A stretch of DNA of 29,792 nt, from the NCBI GenBank assembly GCA_046861385.1, contig JBHHTW010000028.1:1-29792 (forward strand). Reading direction: 5' to 3'. Of the stretch, positions 27,625 to 29,792 are shown piece by piece; within the stretch, counting starts at the first letter, position 1; every line of letters begins with the position of its first letter. The DNA comes from Fidelibacterota bacterium. GTDB taxonomy: Bacteria; Fidelibacterota; Marinisomatia; Marinisomatales; TCS55. The notes under the pieces are model-generated. The model had not been told where the DNA came from. It saw nothing but the letters and a program-made list of their open reading frames with translations, and did not search any database. The translations under genes and the position numbers were made by a program.

Positions 27625-29364
27625 TTAGAGATCGTCCCGTCCAATATTCACTACGTCATTAAATGTCAACCTTCCATTCCCGGTGACCCTCCCAATCGTT
27701 GTAGAAGGAACACCAATTGTCATGCAGATACGTTCAAATTCCATTAAATCACTTTCTCTAATAGACACAACCACCAGCCCTTGTGTTTCACCGAATAACA
27801 TTTCATCCTGACGTAATTTTCTGGATAAATGTATTCGTGCTCCCAATTCTTTATCTGATTGACTTAATGACTTTGCAATCGCCACAACCAATCCACCATT
27901 TGATACATTACTGACGGATTGTATTAGTTGCGTTTGAATACCCTGTAATACAACTTCCTGCAGACGTGATTCCATACCCAAATCCACAGATGGAATTGAT
28001 TCGATGGATAATTTTTGAATTTCCTTCTGATACAGGGAACCGTTCAATTCGCCGCGATGGCTTCCCAACATTGTGATAAAATCATCTTCTTTTTGAAATG
28101 ACTCATTTATCCCGATGGCATCATCTATTTTTTCACCAAAAACGCATACTTCCAAATCAGGTCGTGGATTATCAGATGTTATCAGTGGATTAATCAGTTT
28201 CATATTCAATAATCGACTGGTTTCTTTTGCTCCTGAATACAACTCCTGGACTTCCCATTGATCATCGTTTTTTCTTAAATCTCTCCCATGCATTATTATG
28301 GTAACGCCTAAGGGCTTATACCCTTTTATGACTAACTGCCGGCTTGCATTGGCAATGAGAATTCTACTCCCGGATCTAATATGGTTTTCTATTAATTGAC
28401 GGTTATCCGGAACAGCTATCGCAATATGATGATGATTTCGATGATAAATGGCTGTGGTACCGATAGAATATTTTTCAGGTTTTAAATGACCATATTTTTC
28501 TTCACTGACTCTCTTCCAGATTGATAATACAATATGGGAATAGTTTTTCAATTCCTTTTGAATCTTCGTACCCAACTGTTTTTCCGGTTTTTTTATAATA
28601 GGAGTTAATGTTTGTTGAGTAGGTTCAGTTGAGTAAAACGATGCAAGGGATACATTTGCCTCCATTTTATTGTTAATAAATAGAGAAATGAATCGGGCAG
28701 ATTTATATCGCCCTATTATTTGACATATCAACCCTTGTTCATCAATCAAGCTTTTAATTTTGACTAATAATTCTTGATTCCCCATACACAAAATACCACA
28801 AACTTTATTATTCGATAACATTTCGATATCCTCGATTTTGGAAAATGTCAAATCTAAACCGAAGGAATTTTTCGATATATCAAGGAGAGCATTGCCCAAG
28901 GAGGCGGCATTAACTATAATAATACCGGACCCATCAAACTTTTGTAACTCAGAACAAACCTTCTTCATATTTGCCCCGTCGTGGATAAATAGTATCGATT
29001 CATCTCCAAGAATTGGATTAACCCATGTTTTATCATTCTTTCTTATTCCAACGGATATGGTTGACCGGGTTCCTTCATATCGAAGAGCCGGAGTTAATCC
29101 ATAGGCATGCTGTGTTCGTAATGAAGATGCTTTTAGGATAGAATTTTTACTTTTATTGCCTATTATGAATGTGTGCGACTCTGTTTGGAGAAGTGGTTTA
29201 TTATTTTCTGAGAATATATTCCGAAGGGCCGGAATGGGATGACATAAATATCTTGAATAATGAAAATGTTTTAGAAGAGTATATTCAAGTTCAGACGGTT
29301 GCCTCCCCATTTGAGAAGTGACTTTATTTTCACTAAATTCAAAACGATCGTATTTTTTCAGCAT
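27625..29364 (-). CDS. Degenerate PurL (FGAM synthase II)-like / AIR-synthase-fold protein
   Basis: C-terminus (LGSHRGELNGSLY...PSVDLGMESRLQ...SNVSNGGLVVAIA...LFGETQG...IGRVTG) follows small PurL; N-terminal GRQPSELE; ATG 29364 with AGGAG RBS, 579 aa. Confidence 0.7.
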   Translation of the reverse strand: MLKKYDRFEFSENKVTSQMGRQPSELEYTLLKHFHYSRYLCHPIPALRNIFSENNKPLLQTESHTFIIGNKSKNSILKASSLRTQHAYGLTPALRYEGTRSTISVGIRKNDKTWVNPILGDESILFIHDGANMKKVCSELQKFDGSGIIIVNAASLGNALLDISKNSFGLDLTFSKIEDIEMLSNNKVCGILCMGNQELLVKIKSLIDEQGLICQIIGRYKSARFISLFINNKMEANVSLASFYSTEPTQQTLTPIIKKPEKQLGTKIQKELKNYSHIVLSIWKRVSEEKYGHLKPEKYSIGTTAIYHRNHHHIAIAVPDNRQLIENHIRSGSRILIANASRQLVIKGYKPLGVTIIMHGRDLRKNDDQWEVQELYSGAKETSRLLNMKLINPLITSDNPRPDLEVCVFGEKIDDAIGINESFQKEDDFITMLGSHRGELNGSLYQKEIQKLSIESIPSVDLGMESRLQEVVLQGIQTQLIQSVSNVSNGGLVVAIAKSLSQSDKELGARIHLSRKLRQDEMLFGETQGLVVVSIRESDLMEFERICMTIGVPSTTIGRVTGNGRLTFNDVVNIGRDDL

Positions 29365-29740
29365 GGTATTATCTCCTGTATGTGTATTATACGTAAACGG
29401 GTTCCCTGAATACAAAATACGGAATGAATCGATTGTATTATATAAATTATTGTTGGCAGTTATTTTACTGACGACCTTTCAAAGCCGTAGTAAAATGTAT
29501 GTACAAGGCGATAGATTAATCCTCCTATATATTATTAAATCTTGATCCAATTTCTGAGAATCAGCAAAAGCCGATCCATGATAATCTCAATGTTATTTTA
29601 TCCAAAAAATGATAAATATCTATACAATCTGATTTATGATAAAATAGAAGGTGTAAAGTAATTATTTAGGTCGTTTACGATAGGAAAAACATAAATGGCA
29701 CATCGATAGTATAAAAACATTAACATCGGGAGACTAAGCC

Positions 29741-29792
29741 ATGAATGAACATAACGAAATAGCTCTGTGGCCGCGCCGTAGCTCCCAGCGAA
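29741..29792 (+). CDS. 5' end of a gene running off the window (MNEHNEIALWPRRSSQR...)
   Basis: ATG preceded by GGGAG RBS after a long AT-rich intergenic region; frame open to the window end. Confidence 0.5.
   Translation, partial: MNEHNEIALWPRRSSQR

Noticed and set aside
120-29545. Many short antisense or nested ORFs in the ORF track (e.g. 120-440, 5721-6050, 7071-7361, 15187-15513, 28838-29104, 29318-29545)
   Set aside because: Shadow frames of well-supported genes with no recognisable motifs or RBS.
1-29792. CRISPR array, IS element, prophage or defence system
   Set aside because: No regularly spaced direct repeats and no transposase, integrase, phage or defence protein motifs were seen.

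Overview
Low-GC bacterial chromosome segment, densely coding and mostly on the minus strand. Gene content and order suggest an FCB-group organism, possibly Marinisomatota/SAR406; this is inference and not verified. The core is a compact translation/RNA-metabolism operon (rimP-nusA-infB-rbfA-truB-ribF-rpsO-pnp-ald) followed by a MerR-family gene and tRNA-Pro(GGG). The window also holds a GATase/DUF2914/phosphodiester glycosidase/GT2/DedA envelope cluster, fadD-gpsA, four tRNAs (Pro CGG, Pro GGG, Arg CCT, Leu CAA), a comEC-rnhB::yraN-lepB operon, several hypothetical proteins, an alanine/glycine:cation symporter with suhB, and a degenerate PurL-like gene. No integrase, transposase, prophage or CRISPR array is visible. 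Best leads: (1) a ~90-nt stand-alone small RNA at ~18058-18146 with its own promoter, whose 5' end can pair into the loop of its terminator (pseudoknot); (2) an RNase HII-YraN fusion overlapping comEC; (3) a PurL homologue lacking its catalytic motifs; (4) a merR gene with a perfect palindrome over its promoter and a stop codon abutting a tRNA; (5) a GC-rich REP-like palindrome.
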